A DNA stretch of 64,000 bases, taken from assembly GCA_963721805.1 (NCBI GenBank), contig CAVRJY010000001.1:160001-224000 (forward strand), given 5' to 3'. The position numbers and the translations under genes were made by a program. Position 1 is the stretch's first letter. The number at the start of each line of letters is the position of its first letter. The stretch is from Nitrospirota bacterium (GTDB lineage: Bacteria > Nitrospirota > Thermodesulfovibrionia > Thermodesulfovibrionales > JdFR-86). Below are positions 1 to 11,867 of this stretch, piece by piece. The notes under the pieces were generated by a model. It ran no database searches, was not told where the DNA came from, and was given only the letters and a program-made list of their open reading frames with translations.

Positions 1-65
1 TCGAAAAGCCTGGCTACTTCACCACCCAGGGCGCCGGTAAGACCTTACCGGTCATCAAGAAATAA
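1..65 (+). CDS. aprB: 3' end of APS reductase beta subunit (partial)
   Basis: Frame reading EKPGYFTTQGAGKTLPVIKK* ends at TAA 63-65 just before the aprA RBS (AAGGAGG); identity inferred from position. Confidence 0.65.
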   Translation, partial: EKPGYFTTQGAGKTLPVIKK

Positions 66-80
66 GGAGGACCGGAAAAC

Positions 81-2036
81 ATGGAAAAACAGACCTGTAA
101 TTTTTCATTCTGCGCCAAGCCGCAGATCGTAGAGATAAGCACCGATCTCCTCATCATCGGCGGCGGCATGTCCGCCTGCGGCACGGCCTTCGAGGCCAAA
201 CGCTGGGCCGATGCAGCCAAGAAGGCCGGCAAGGGCGACATCAAGATAACCCTCGTTGACAAGGCCGCCATGGACCGCTCCGGCGCCGTCGCGATGGGCC
301 TTTCCGCCATCAATACCTACATGGGCGAGCAGGACCCGGCTGACTACTCCCGCATGGTCCGCGGCGACCTCATGGGCATCACCCGCGAAGACCTCACCTA
401 CGACCTCGGCCGCCACGTCGACGACAGCGTCGAGCTGTTCGAGGAGTGGGGCCTCCCGATCTGGAAGAAGGACGCCGAAGGCCACACCACTGACGGCGCC
501 GCAGGCGGAGCGAAGCTCAAGGACGGCGGCAAGCCGGTCCGCTCCGGCAAGTGGCAGATCATGATCAACGGCGAGTCCTACAAGGTCATCGTCGCCGAGG
601 CCGCGAAGAACGCCATCGGGATGGACAACATCTATGAGCGCGTCTTCATCGTGAAGCTCCTCCTCGACGAGAAGGTCGAGAACCGCATCGCAGGCGCGGT
701 CGGCTTCAGCGTCCGCGAGAACAAGGTATACATCTTCAGGACCAACGTCATAGCCCTCGGCTGCGGCGGCGCGGTCAACGTATTCCGCCCCCGTTCCAAC
801 CAGGAAGGCCAGGGCCGCGCGTGGTATCCCGTTTGGAACTCCGGTTCAGGCTATGCCCTCGGCATACAGGCCGGCGCCGAGCTCACCATGATGGAAAACC
901 GCTTCGTGCCCGCCCGCTTCAAGGACGGCTACGGCCCGGTCGGCGCATGGTTCCTCTTCTTCAAGGCCAAGGCCACCAACGCCATGGGCGAGGACTACTG
1001 CACGGGCGAGAACTTCGAGTACACCAAGAAGCTCTACAGCCCTTATGCCGAGAAGCTCGGCACCTGCATCCGTAACCACATGATGATGATGGACATGAAG
1101 GCGGGCAAGGGCCCGATCTACATGAACACCCACACCGCCATGGCCGAGCTCGCAAAGACCATGGACGCCAAGCAGATCAAGCACCTCGAGGCCGAAGCTT
1201 GGGAAGACTTCCTTGACATGGCAATCGGTCAGGCCGGCCTCTGGGCCGGTATGGACATCGAGCCCGACAAGGTACCGTCCGAGATCATGCCGACCGAGCC
1301 TTATCTCCTCGGCTCCCACGCCGGCTGCGCCGGCTTCTGGGTCTCCGGTCCCGCTGACATCGCTCCGAAGGAGTGGGTATGGGGCCGCAACCGCGAGTCC
1401 ACCGTCAAGGGCATGTTCATGATGGGCGACATCTGCGGCGCCTCAGGCCACAAGTTCTCCTCGGGCTCCCATGCCGAGGGCCGTATCGTTGGCAAGGGCG
1501 CAATCGCCTTCATCCTCGAGAACAAGGACTTCAAGCCCACCGTCAGCAAGTCCGCCGACGAGCTTGCGGGCGAGATCTACCTGCCGTTTGAGGTCTACGA
1601 GAAGTACAAGACCTACTCGACCGCGCCTGAGATCAACCCCAACTACATCAAGCCGAAGATGGTCCAGGCCAGGCTCCAGAAGATCGCCGACGAGTACTTC
1701 GGCGGTATCTCGACCTGGTACATGACCTCCAAGACCATGCTCGAGAGAGGCCTGCAGCTCCTCGCCGTGCTCAAAGAGGATGCGCTCCTTTCCGGCGCCA
1801 AGGACCTCCACGAGCTGATGAGGGCTTGGGAGAACTATCACCGCATCTGGTCGGTCGAGGCACACGCCAAGCACATCCTCTTCAGGGAGGAGACCAGGTA
1901 CCCCGGCTACTACTACAGGGGCGACCACCTTCCGATCGACGATGTGAATTGGAAGTGCTTCGTCAACTCGAAGTTCGACCCGAAGACCGGCGAGTGGCCC
2001 GTCTTCAAGAAGCCTTACGTACAGCTGATCGACTAA
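81..2036 (+). CDS. aprA: Adenylylsulfate reductase alpha subunit
   Basis: 651 aa; GGGMSACG FAD motif, RSGAVAMGLSAINTY, GKWQIMINGESYK, SGHKFSSGSH. Confidence 0.97.
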   Translation: MEKQTCNFSFCAKPQIVEISTDLLIIGGGMSACGTAFEAKRWADAAKKAGKGDIKITLVDKAAMDRSGAVAMGLSAINTYMGEQDPADYSRMVRGDLMGITREDLTYDLGRHVDDSVELFEEWGLPIWKKDAEGHTTDGAAGGAKLKDGGKPVRSGKWQIMINGESYKVIVAEAAKNAIGMDNIYERVFIVKLLLDEKVENRIAGAVGFSVRENKVYIFRTNVIALGCGGAVNVFRPRSNQEGQGRAWYPVWNSGSGYALGIQAGAELTMMENRFVPARFKDGYGPVGAWFLFFKAKATNAMGEDYCTGENFEYTKKLYSPYAEKLGTCIRNHMMMMDMKAGKGPIYMNTHTAMAELAKTMDAKQIKHLEAEAWEDFLDMAIGQAGLWAGMDIEPDKVPSEIMPTEPYLLGSHAGCAGFWVSGPADIAPKEWVWGRNRESTVKGMFMMGDICGASGHKFSSGSHAEGRIVGKGAIAFILENKDFKPTVSKSADELAGEIYLPFEVYEKYKTYSTAPEINPNYIKPKMVQARLQKIADEYFGGISTWYMTSKTMLERGLQLLAVLKEDALLSGAKDLHELMRAWENYHRIWSVEAHAKHILFREETRYPGYYYRGDHLPIDDVNWKCFVNSKFDPKTGEWPVFKKPYVQLID

Positions 2037-2060
2037 TTCTCAAAAAGCCTGATAATCAAC

Positions 2061-2090
2061 ACCCGGCGGCCGCGGAAGCGGCCGCCGGGT
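2061..2090 (+). terminator. GC-rich stem-loop after aprA
   Basis: ACCCGGCGGCCGC-GGAA-GCGGCCGCCGGGT; no U-tract. Confidence 0.5.
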
Positions 2091-2278
2091 GCCCTAAAAC
2101 AACGGTTGGGTTAAGGGCGTTCCGGGCGGGCAGCGTGGCTCAAAGTCAGGGGCAGCGGCCTTTGATGGAAGGCGCGAGTTTGGCCTATAATAATGAATGG
2201 GCCAGTTGCCTTTAAGATAGAGGGGCGGTCCGCTCCCCGAGGCACCCTTAACCTAATCACCATGGAGGATTTAGAGCA

Positions 2279-3526
2279 ATGGCAGAACAGCGCGTTCTGA
2301 TTATCGGAGGGGGCATAAGCGGCCTGACGTCGGCCGTCGAGATGGCCGAGGCGGGCTACGAAGTCGTGCTCGTCGAGAAGAACCCCTATCTGGGCGGCAG
2401 GGTAGCCCAGCTCAACAAGTATTTCCCCAAGCTCTGCCCGCCGGTCTGCGGGCTCGAGCTGAACTTCCGCCGCATCAAGGAAAACCCGCGCATGACCGTC
2501 TACACGATGGCCGAGGTCGCGGCGATCTCCGGCGCGGAGGGCAACTTTGACGTGACCATAAAGGTTAACCCCCGTATGGTCAACGACAAGTGCACCGCGT
2601 GCGACGCGTGCGCGAAGGCCTGCCCGGCCGAGCGCTCAAACGAGTTCAACTTCGGCATGAACAAGACCAAGGCCGCGTACATCCCGTTCGAGCAGGCGTA
2701 TCCCTTCCGCTACGTGATCGACACCGCCAACTGCAAGGGCGACTGCGGGCAGAAGTGCAAGGAGGCCTGCAAGTACGACGCGGTCGACCTCGGCATGAAG
2801 CCCGAGACCGTGAGCGTCAAGGTCGGCACGGTCATTAACGCAACCGGCTGGAACCCCTACGACGTCAAGAAGCTCGACCTGCTCGGCGGCGGCCAGATCA
2901 AGAACGTCATCACCAACATGCAGATGGAGCGCCTGGCGGCGTTGAACGGCCCCACGGAGGGCAAGATCGTCCGCCCCTCCGACGGCAAGCCCGCGAAGAA
3001 CGTCGCGTTCGTGCAGTGCGCCGGATCGCGTGACGAGAACCACCTCGCATACTGCTCGTACGTCTGCTGCATGGCGTCGCTGAAGCAGACCACTTACCTG
3101 CGCGAACAGTACCCCGACAGCACGGTCAAGATACTCTATATAGACCTGCGCACCCCTGGGCGGTACGAGAAGTTCCTCAACACGGTCAAGGCCGACCCGA
3201 AGGTCTCGATGGTCAAGGGCAAGGTCGCGGCCGTGGAAGAGGCCGACGGCGGCAACGTCACCCTCACTTATGAGGACGTGATGGCCGGCAAGAAGGTCAG
3301 GGAGACGTTTGACATGGTCGTACTGGCCACCGGGATGCAGCCCAGCGGGGCGGCCATGAAGGTGCCGTCGACGAACTACTCCGAGGAGGGCTTCGCGCCC
3401 CAGCCCAGCCAGGCCGCCGGGATGATCTCGGTCGGCACGGTCAAGAGCCCGCTGGACGTCCAGCGCTCGGTTCAGGACGCAACCGGAGCGGCGATCAAAG
3501 GCATCCAGTCGCTGGTGAGGAGATAA
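2279..3526 (+). CDS. qmoA: QmoA, HdrA-like flavoprotein
   Basis: GGGISG FAD motif, YFPKLCPPVCG, QCAGSRD..CSYVCC; follows aprA. Confidence 0.93.
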   Translation: MAEQRVLIIGGGISGLTSAVEMAEAGYEVVLVEKNPYLGGRVAQLNKYFPKLCPPVCGLELNFRRIKENPRMTVYTMAEVAAISGAEGNFDVTIKVNPRMVNDKCTACDACAKACPAERSNEFNFGMNKTKAAYIPFEQAYPFRYVIDTANCKGDCGQKCKEACKYDAVDLGMKPETVSVKVGTVINATGWNPYDVKKLDLLGGGQIKNVITNMQMERLAALNGPTEGKIVRPSDGKPAKNVAFVQCAGSRDENHLAYCSYVCCMASLKQTTYLREQYPDSTVKILYIDLRTPGRYEKFLNTVKADPKVSMVKGKVAAVEEADGGNVTLTYEDVMAGKKVRETFDMVVLATGMQPSGAAMKVPSTNYSEEGFAPQPSQAAGMISVGTVKSPLDVQRSVQDATGAAIKGIQSLVRR

Positions 3527-3528
3527 TA

Positions 3529-5742
3529 ATGGAAAAGAACTACGGAGTATATATCTGCAACAGCTGCGGCATCGGCGATATGGTCGATACCGCAAAGGCC
3601 GGCAAGGATGCGGCCAAGAACGCCAAGTTCCCGGCCGAGAAGGTCAAGTGCGTGGACAAGCTCTGCTCCCCCGAGGGGCTGGCCGTGGTCAAGGCCGACA
3701 TGGCCGAGGGCGTAAACACGATCCTGATCGCCGCATGCTCGCCGCGCGCCAAGACGGACGAGTTCGACTTTCCGGGCGCGGTCGTCGAGCGCACGAACAT
3801 CCGCGAATTCATGTCCTGGAGCCAGCCGATGCCGACTGACCAGACGCCGGAGTACTACCACCCGCAGGGCATCGCGACCGACTATATAACGATGGGCATC
3901 ATCAAGTGCCAGAAGGGCGAGATGCCCGAGCCCGGCATACTGCCGGACCTCTCGAAGACCATATTGGTCGTCGGAGGCGGCATGGCAGGCTGCACCGCGG
4001 CCCTCGAGGCCGCAAACGCGGGCTACGAGGTCGTGCTCGTGGAGAAAGAGCCCGCGCTGGGCGGCATGGGCGCGAAGCTCTACAAGTCCACGCCCAGGAA
4101 GGCCCCTTACGACACGCTTGAGGAGTCCCCGGTAATCGAGAAGATAAAGGCCGTGCAGGGCAACCCGAAGATAAAGGTCTACACCGGAGCGAAGATCGCA
4201 AAGACAGAAGGCCAGCCCGGCCTGTTCGACGTGACGCTCACGAGCGGCGATACGTTCCGCGCCGGGGCGATAGTGCTCGCGGCCGGTTGGCAGCCCTACG
4301 ACGCGACGAAGCTCACCCACCTCGGCTACGGCCTGCCCGGCGTAGTGACGAGCCTGGAGTTCGAGGAGATGGCGAAGGCCGGAAAGATCACGGCCAAGCG
4401 CGTGGCGTTCATACAGTGCGCCGGGTCGCGTGACGAAAACCACCTTCCTTATTGCTCCTCTTTCTGCTGCGCGACGTCGCTGAAGCAGGCCAAGTACGTG
4501 CGCGAGGCCTCCCAGGACGCGATGGCGTACATATTCTACCGCGACATCCGCACCCCCGGGCAGACCGAGCTGTTCTACAAAAACATGCAGAACGACCCCG
4601 GCATCATGCTGACGAAGGGTGACGTAAAGGGCATAACGGCCGAGGGCGGCAAGCTCTACGTCGAGGCAGCGGACACGCTGCTCGGAGCCAGCGTAAAGGT
4701 CGAGGCGGACCTCGTGGTGCTCGCAATCGGCGTAGTGCCGGCCACGGCGCCTTCTCAGAAATACCTCGACGACCTCAAGGTCGAGGCAGGCAAGGGCGAC
4801 GACGCCAAGGCAGCGTTCCTCGCTAATACGCCTGTCCCCGAGAACCTCCTAAACCTTGCTTACAAACAGGGCCCGGAGCTCCCGTCGCTTGAGGGCGCAT
4901 ACGGGTTTGCCGATAGCAACTTCATCTGCTTCCAGTACGAGACGCGCCGCACGGGCATATACGCGGCCGGCTCGATCCGCCAGCCCGGCACGATGGCCGA
5001 CGCAGAGGCCGACGCCGCGGGCGCCGCTCTAAAGGCCATACAGTGCACCGAGCACGTGGCGCAGGGCATCGCCGTGCACCCGAGGGCTTGGGACACGACC
5101 TTCCCCGACCCGATGATGCAGCGCTGCACGTCCTGCAAACGCTGCACTGAGGAATGCCCCTTCGGCGCTATCGACGAGGACGAGAAGGGCACGCCGTTTT
5201 ACAAGATCAACCGCTGCCGCCGCTGCGGCACGTGCATGGGCGCATGCCCCGAGCGCATCGTGTCGTTTAAGGACTACAGCGTCGACATGGTCGGAGCGAT
5301 GCTCAAGAGCGTAGAGGTTCCGGAAGAGGGCCTCCGCATCATCTGCCTGGCGTGCGAAAACGACGCATACCCGGCGATAGACGCACTCGCCAAGAGGGGC
5401 AGCGAGATCCACCCCGGCGTCCGGTTCATACCGATGCGCTGCCTGGGCTCGACGAACCTCGTCTGGGTCGCCGACGCCTTCAGCAAGGGCGTCGACGGGC
5501 TGCTGCTGCTAGGCTGCAAGTACGGCGAGAACTACCAGTGCCACTTCGTCAAGGGTTCGGAACTGGCCCAGGTCCGGTTCAGCAAGGTGCAGGAGACGCT
5601 CAACAGGCTCCAGCTCGAGGCCGACCGCTGCCAGATGATGCAGATCGCGATCAACGAGTACGACAAGCTGCCGGGGATGATCAACGAGTTCGTCAAAAAG
5701 ATCGAGGACGTCTTCGGCCCGAATCCCTTTAAGAGCTTCTAG
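3529..5742 (+). CDS. qmoB: QmoB, HdrA-like domain fused to MvhD-like domain
   Basis: FAD motif, two CxxCxxCxxxCP ferredoxin motifs, C-terminal ACENDAYPA/RCLGS/GCKYGENYQCHF. Confidence 0.93.
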   Translation: MEKNYGVYICNSCGIGDMVDTAKAGKDAAKNAKFPAEKVKCVDKLCSPEGLAVVKADMAEGVNTILIAACSPRAKTDEFDFPGAVVERTNIREFMSWSQPMPTDQTPEYYHPQGIATDYITMGIIKCQKGEMPEPGILPDLSKTILVVGGGMAGCTAALEAANAGYEVVLVEKEPALGGMGAKLYKSTPRKAPYDTLEESPVIEKIKAVQGNPKIKVYTGAKIAKTEGQPGLFDVTLTSGDTFRAGAIVLAAGWQPYDATKLTHLGYGLPGVVTSLEFEEMAKAGKITAKRVAFIQCAGSRDENHLPYCSSFCCATSLKQAKYVREASQDAMAYIFYRDIRTPGQTELFYKNMQNDPGIMLTKGDVKGITAEGGKLYVEAADTLLGASVKVEADLVVLAIGVVPATAPSQKYLDDLKVEAGKGDDAKAAFLANTPVPENLLNLAYKQGPELPSLEGAYGFADSNFICFQYETRRTGIYAAGSIRQPGTMADAEADAAGAALKAIQCTEHVAQGIAVHPRAWDTTFPDPMMQRCTSCKRCTEECPFGAIDEDEKGTPFYKINRCRRCGTCMGACPERIVSFKDYSVDMVGAMLKSVEVPEEGLRIICLACENDAYPAIDALAKRGSEIHPGVRFIPMRCLGSTNLVWVADAFSKGVDGLLLLGCKYGENYQCHFVKGSELAQVRFSKVQETLNRLQLEADRCQMMQIAINEYDKLPGMINEFVKKIEDVFGPNPFKSF

Positions 5743-5760
5743 AGGAGGAATGAGATAGAT

Positions 5761-6891
5761 ATGAGCGAGAAGGTAATCAAACCCGATCTTGAGTTCGTAA
5801 ACGACGTGATAGCGGCCGGGGGCACCGATCTGAAGAAGTGCTTCCAGTGCGCCACGTGCTCGGTCGTCTGCAACATGACGCCCGACGACCACCCCTTCCC
5901 GCGCAAGGAGATGATAAACGCGCAGTGGGGACTCAAGGACGAGCTTTTCCGCAACCCCGACATATGGCTCTGCCACCAGTGCAGCGACTGCACCGCGCAC
6001 TGCCCCCGCGGAGCCAAGCCCGGCGAGGTCCTAAACGCGATCCGCAAGATGAGCATCCAGCACTACTCCGCGCCGTCGTGGCTCTCAAAGCTCGTCAACG
6101 ACCCGCGCTACCTCCTGCTGCTGCTCGTGCTCCCCGTGGTGCTGCTGCTGGGCGTCATGACCGCCAACAAGATCAACATAGGCAGCCCCGAGCGTCCGGA
6201 CGGCAACATAATATTCGCCAAGTTCATCCCGACCACGACGGGGATAGACCCGCTGTTCGTCACCGCGTTTGCCTTCGCGGTCATAATGCTGTTTATGGGC
6301 ATCAGGCGCTACTGGGCCGACATGCGCAAGACGGCCGAGCCCGAGGGCTTCATGATCGACGGCGTCATCGCGACTATATCGGAGGTCTTCACCCACAAGA
6401 ACTTCAAGAAGTGTAACGTGACGGTCAGCCGTTCGGTCTCACACCTGATCGTGTTCTACAGCTTCGTGGCGCTCGCGATCACGACCGCCATCGCTGCGGC
6501 GTACCTCTACGGCACAGAGTTCGGGTTCCTCCACAAGGAGCAGCCCTATTCGCTTCTGGACCCGATGAAGATCCTCGGCAATGCGGGCGCTATCGCCCTT
6601 GCCCTCGGCATCCTCCTCGTGATAATGAACCGCTTCTCCAACGCCGAGAAGGCGGGTATGGGCGGGTATTACGACTGGCTCTTCATCGGCATAGTGACGT
6701 ACATCGCGGCCTCGGGCATAATGTCCGAGCTGCTGAGGCTCGCGGGCATGGGCGTGGCGTACCCGATTTATTTCTCGCACCTGGTCGCGGTGTTTTTCCT
6801 TTTCTTCTACGCGCCTTACTCGAAGATGGCGCACATGCTCTACAGGGGCACGGCGATGGTGTTTGCCAAGATGACCAAGAGGAAGTACTAG
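5761..6891 (+). CDS. qmoC: QmoC, HdrC-like Fe-S domain plus membrane domain
   Basis: CFQCATCSVVC, CHQCSDCTAHCP, transmembrane helices, PYSKMAH. Confidence 0.93.
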   Translation: MSEKVIKPDLEFVNDVIAAGGTDLKKCFQCATCSVVCNMTPDDHPFPRKEMINAQWGLKDELFRNPDIWLCHQCSDCTAHCPRGAKPGEVLNAIRKMSIQHYSAPSWLSKLVNDPRYLLLLLVLPVVLLLGVMTANKINIGSPERPDGNIIFAKFIPTTTGIDPLFVTAFAFAVIMLFMGIRRYWADMRKTAEPEGFMIDGVIATISEVFTHKNFKKCNVTVSRSVSHLIVFYSFVALAITTAIAAAYLYGTEFGFLHKEQPYSLLDPMKILGNAGAIALALGILLVIMNRFSNAEKAGMGGYYDWLFIGIVTYIAASGIMSELLRLAGMGVAYPIYFSHLVAVFFLFFYAPYSKMAHMLYRGTAMVFAKMTKRKY

Positions 6892-6913
6892 GAATCCCCA
6901 GGAGGCACGGGCC

Positions 6914-7339
6914 ATGACGCTAAGGGAGATCATCAAGGAAAAGGGCTATGAGGTCATCGCCGTGGACGGCTCGCTCACGGTGGCCGACGCTGTCAGGAAG
7001 ATGGTCGACCGCAACATAGGCTCGCTGCTCGTGATGTGCGACGACGGCACGACCGGGATGTTCACCGAGCGCGACGTGCTCAAGTGCTGGGCCGCCGGCA
7101 AGCTCGGCAACTTCCCGATCAGCGACGTCATGACGCGCAACCTGATCGTGGTGCAGGCTACGGACAGCATCGAGGACGCGATGTCGATCATGATCCAGCA
7201 CGGCATACGCCACCTGCCGGTGATGGACAGCGGGAAGATCATCAGCGTGCTTTCGATGCGCGACGTGGTAAAGACGCAGGTAGGTCAGCTCCAGGCCGAG
7301 GTGCATTATCTCAAGGAGTTCCTCACGGCCGGGGGTTAG
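6914..7339 (+). CDS. CBS-pair protein
   Basis: GMFTERD and IRHLPV CBS motifs; RBS GGAGG. Confidence 0.88.
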   Translation: MTLREIIKEKGYEVIAVDGSLTVADAVRKMVDRNIGSLLVMCDDGTTGMFTERDVLKCWAAGKLGNFPISDVMTRNLIVVQATDSIEDAMSIMIQHGIRHLPVMDSGKIISVLSMRDVVKTQVGQLQAEVHYLKEFLTAGG

Positions 7340-7411
7340 TTAATAGAGCAGGAATCAGGGAGGTCACCATAAGGTTATGGTCAAATCAATTTTAAGGAGG
7401 GGTACAAGCTT

Positions 7412-9499
<2,088 letters not shown>

Positions 9500-9519
9500 G
9501 AGCGTTTCATCCGCAACCC

Positions 9520-9554
9520 AAAACCGGCCCCTCGAAAGGGGGGCCGGTTTTTTT
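9520..9554 (+). terminator. Intrinsic terminator of hppA
   Basis: AAAACCGGCCCC..GGGGCCGGTTTT followed by a T-run. Confidence 0.85.
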
Positions 9555-9862
9555 GTTCTTTGAAAGCGCGCTAAAGTCGCGTGATACGTCGTTACGGTTC
9601 GAATCCTCGCCCTCGATGTACGTCACAGTACACCGTCGGGCGGTCTTCTCGCCGCTCCTAGTCTGAGCCTAATTTCGGCCCGCTTTGCGGGGTTAGACGC
9701 GGCAAGGGCATTTATTGAAAGGGCCTGTCGGCCCCCGCTGGACCCCGCACCCCAAGGTCAACGGCTTATTTGATGCCTTTTTCCGGGGTTGGTCGCGGCA
9801 AGTGCTTTTATTGAAAGGGCCGGTCGGCCCCCGCTGGACCCCGCACCCCAAGGTCAACGGCA
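9555..9862 (-). repeat. Dispersed palindromic element copy 1, with duplicated head segment
   Basis: AAAGCGCG..TGATAC..GTAC-N6-GTAC..GTCTGA..CGCTTT core; ends GGTCAACGGC at both 9765 and 9861. Confidence 0.85.
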
Positions 9863-9952
9863 TTCGTTAAAAAATATTCATAGCGGTCAGGTTATTGCAT
9901 GTGGTTCATGCCAGTCTAGATAATGCAGAGCAAGGACAGTTTTGTGCGTGGA

Positions 9953-9981
9953 TTGACATGCACCCTTTAAGCACTTATCAT
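9953..9981 (+). promoter_or_regulatory. sigma70-type promoter
   Basis: TTGACA-N17-TATCAT upstream of 10007. Confidence 0.6.
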
Positions 9982-10006
9982 ATTGCAAATACAAGTGGAG
10001 GTGTAG

Positions 10007-10522
10007 ATGAGTTTTATAGATGACAATCTAATGGCGGGCGAGAGGGTTGTGTATCGAACTCAGCTTCACTGGGCGATATTTATCATGCCAATTGTGCTGA
10101 CACTGACAGTCGTGTTTGCGATCATCGGAATCCCATGGCTGGTTATTATCTACATCGCGTATAAATCCTCGGAATTTGCGGTGACCAATAAAAGGGTATT
10201 GATCAAGGTCGGGCTTATCAGGCGTGAGTCTCTTGAAACGCTTCTTCAGAAAGTTGAAGGCATACATGTCGAACAGGACATTCTTGGCCGTATATTTAAT
10301 TATGGGACAATCATAGTCAAGGGTACTGGTGGAACAAGCAATCCATTTAAGACAATTTGTTCACCGTTTGAGTTTCGCAAAATAGTGCAAGAGCAGGTCG
10401 AGAAATCATATGGGCAGCAAGGTGCTACTGAAGTTGCAGGTAAAGTGTTTTGCCGGCACTGCGGTGAGGCAAGCTTGAAGGGTTCAAGGTTTTGCAGTAG
10501 GTGCGGTAAAGAGATGGCATAA
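10007..10522 (+). CDS. Bacterial PH-domain membrane protein with C-terminal zinc ribbon
   Basis: EFAVTNKRV, GRIFNYGTI; CRHCG..CSRCG; AT-richer than flanks; RBS GGAGG. Confidence 0.85.
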   Translation: MSFIDDNLMAGERVVYRTQLHWAIFIMPIVLTLTVVFAIIGIPWLVIIYIAYKSSEFAVTNKRVLIKVGLIRRESLETLLQKVEGIHVEQDILGRIFNYGTIIVKGTGGTSNPFKTICSPFEFRKIVQEQVEKSYGQQGATEVAGKVFCRHCGEASLKGSRFCSRCGKEMA

Positions 10523-10523
10523 G

Positions 10524-10799
10524 GTGAAAAGTTACCGCTTTACAGCGAGGTTCGAGAAGGCATTCGGCCGGTTGCCGGAGGATGCGGCGGAGCTGTTTTT
10601 GAAAAAGCTCCCGCTGCTGCTCGTGAACATGCGGCATCCTTCGCTGCGCGTAAAGAAGATGCTGGGCCTGCACGACCCTGAGGTCTGGGAGGGCTCGCTC
10701 AGCATGGATTACCGATTCACGTTTCAGGTAGAAAAAGACGGCACGCTGACGTTCAGGAGCATCGGCCACCATGGGATATTGGATAAAGAGAAGAACTAA
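10524..10799 (+). CDS. RelE/ParE-superfamily toxin-like protein
   Basis: 91 aa; RHPSLRVKK, WEGSLSMDYRFTF, IGHH pattern. Confidence 0.75.
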   Translation: MKSYRFTARFEKAFGRLPEDAAELFLKKLPLLLVNMRHPSLRVKKMLGLHDPEVWEGSLSMDYRFTFQVEKDGTLTFRSIGHHGILDKEKN

Positions 10800-11104
10800 G
10801 CGGGTTTCTTTGCGCGGCTGGACTTGCGGAGCTTTTTTAAATGCTCGATCCCTTCAGCGGGGGTGGAGAACTTCTTCGATACCCTGCCGGCCTTGATGTC
10901 CTCTTCGGCCTCGCGCTCCGCGTCCTGCCAGCCCTTTTGCCAAAACCACGCCTGATCCGCATCGACGAGCTTCTTGGCCTTGACCGAGACGCCGCGCTCG
11001 CCCACGACGAAATCGAGGTAGTCGCCCGCCTGAGCGTTCATCGCCTCCATGACGTCCTTGGGTATGCGGACCTGTCCGCTGGGGCTGATCTTCACTGTGC
11101 TCAT
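10796..11104 (-). CDS. AbrB/MazE/SpoVT-family antitoxin-like protein
   Basis: GQVRIPKDV..GDYLDF AbrB motif; DQAWFWQKGWQDAEREAEEDIKAGRV tail. Confidence 0.85.
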   Translation of the reverse strand: MSTVKISPSGQVRIPKDVMEAMNAQAGDYLDFVVGERGVSVKAKKLVDADQAWFWQKGWQDAEREAEEDIKAGRVSKKFSTPAEGIEHLKKLRKSSRAKKPA

Positions 11105-11110
11105 ATGTTT

Positions 11111-11140
11111 ATTCTAAACATATATTGGTCTTGTAGTCAA
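11111..11140 (-). promoter_or_regulatory. sigma70 promoter of the antitoxin gene (probably leaderless)
   Basis: TTGACT-N18-TAGAAT, 6 nt before ATG. Confidence 0.55.
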
Positions 11141-11150
11141 CTCTAATTAG

Positions 11151-11330
11151 TGCCGTTGACCTTGTGGGGCGCGGGGGGGCTTCCGCAATCCTCTCCCCCC
11201 GAAAGCGCGCCCAAATCGTCTTCAGACAAGGCAGGGCGAGAAGACCGCCCGACGACGTACTGAGACGTACATCGAGGGCGAGTCTTTGATGCCCAACGCA
11301 GTATCAAGCGATTTGGAGCGCTTTAAAGAA
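11151..11330 (+). repeat. Dispersed palindromic element copy 2
   Basis: TGCCGTTGACC head; AAAGCGCGCCCAAATCG..CGATTTGGAGCGCTTT outer stem. Confidence 0.9.
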
Positions 11331-11361
11331 GCGAGCGATTAGGGATAAGCGACCGGATGCC

Positions 11362-11394
11362 CCCTCTCTCCCTCTGGGGGTGAGGGAGAGAGGG
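11362..11394. repeat. CCCTCTCTCCCTC/GAGGGAGAGAGGG hairpin (REP-like or Hsp20 terminator)
   Basis: 13-bp perfect stem, 7-nt loop. Confidence 0.6.
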
Positions 11395-11424
11395 ACCGAT
11401 CCGGGTGTGGGTACGGGCGGGTTG

Positions 11425-11808
11425 TTAATTGGAGGTGACGGACGCCCCCATGACCTCGATCTTGCGGCCCTTGGCGGCCTCGGCCTTAGGCATCGCGAGC
11501 GTGAGCACGCCGTTACGGACGGACGCTGTGATGCGGTCGCGGTCGATCTCGTCAGTGAGCTTAAAATCCCTGCGGTAGCTGCCGACGCCGTGCTCCGAGT
11601 ACACGAGCTTGTAGCCGCCGAGCGGCTCGGCCGGCTCGACCCTGCCCGCTATCGAGAGCAGGTTCTTCTCGATGGTGATATCCACTGATTTTTCGTCCAC
11701 GCCGGGCATCTCGGCCCGAAGCACGATCTCGCCGCCCTGCTCGAAGATGTCCACGGCCGGGCTATAGAGTCTTTCCTTCTTCTCGGTGAGTTCCGCTGTG
11801 CATGTCAT
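11425..11808 (-). CDS. Hsp20/alpha-crystallin small heat-shock protein
   Basis: PAVDIFE, AEMPGV, ASVRNGVLTLAMPK. Confidence 0.92.
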   Translation of the reverse strand: MTCTAELTEKKERLYSPAVDIFEQGGEIVLRAEMPGVDEKSVDITIEKNLLSIAGRVEPAEPLGGYKLVYSEHGVGSYRRDFKLTDEIDRDRITASVRNGVLTLAMPKAEAAKGRKIEVMGASVTSN

Positions 11809-11867
11809 ATTAATTTCCCTCTCTCGTTCTATGATCGCAGGCCGACGGCCTGAACGTCGCTATATAT

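Noticed and set aside
9596..9612. GGTTCGAATCC resembling a tRNA T-loop
   Set aside because: No cloverleaf; it lies in a variable arm of element copy 1 and is not conserved in other copies
9896..9913. sigma54-like motif on the minus strand
   Set aside because: GG to GC spacing is two bases too long and no gene follows
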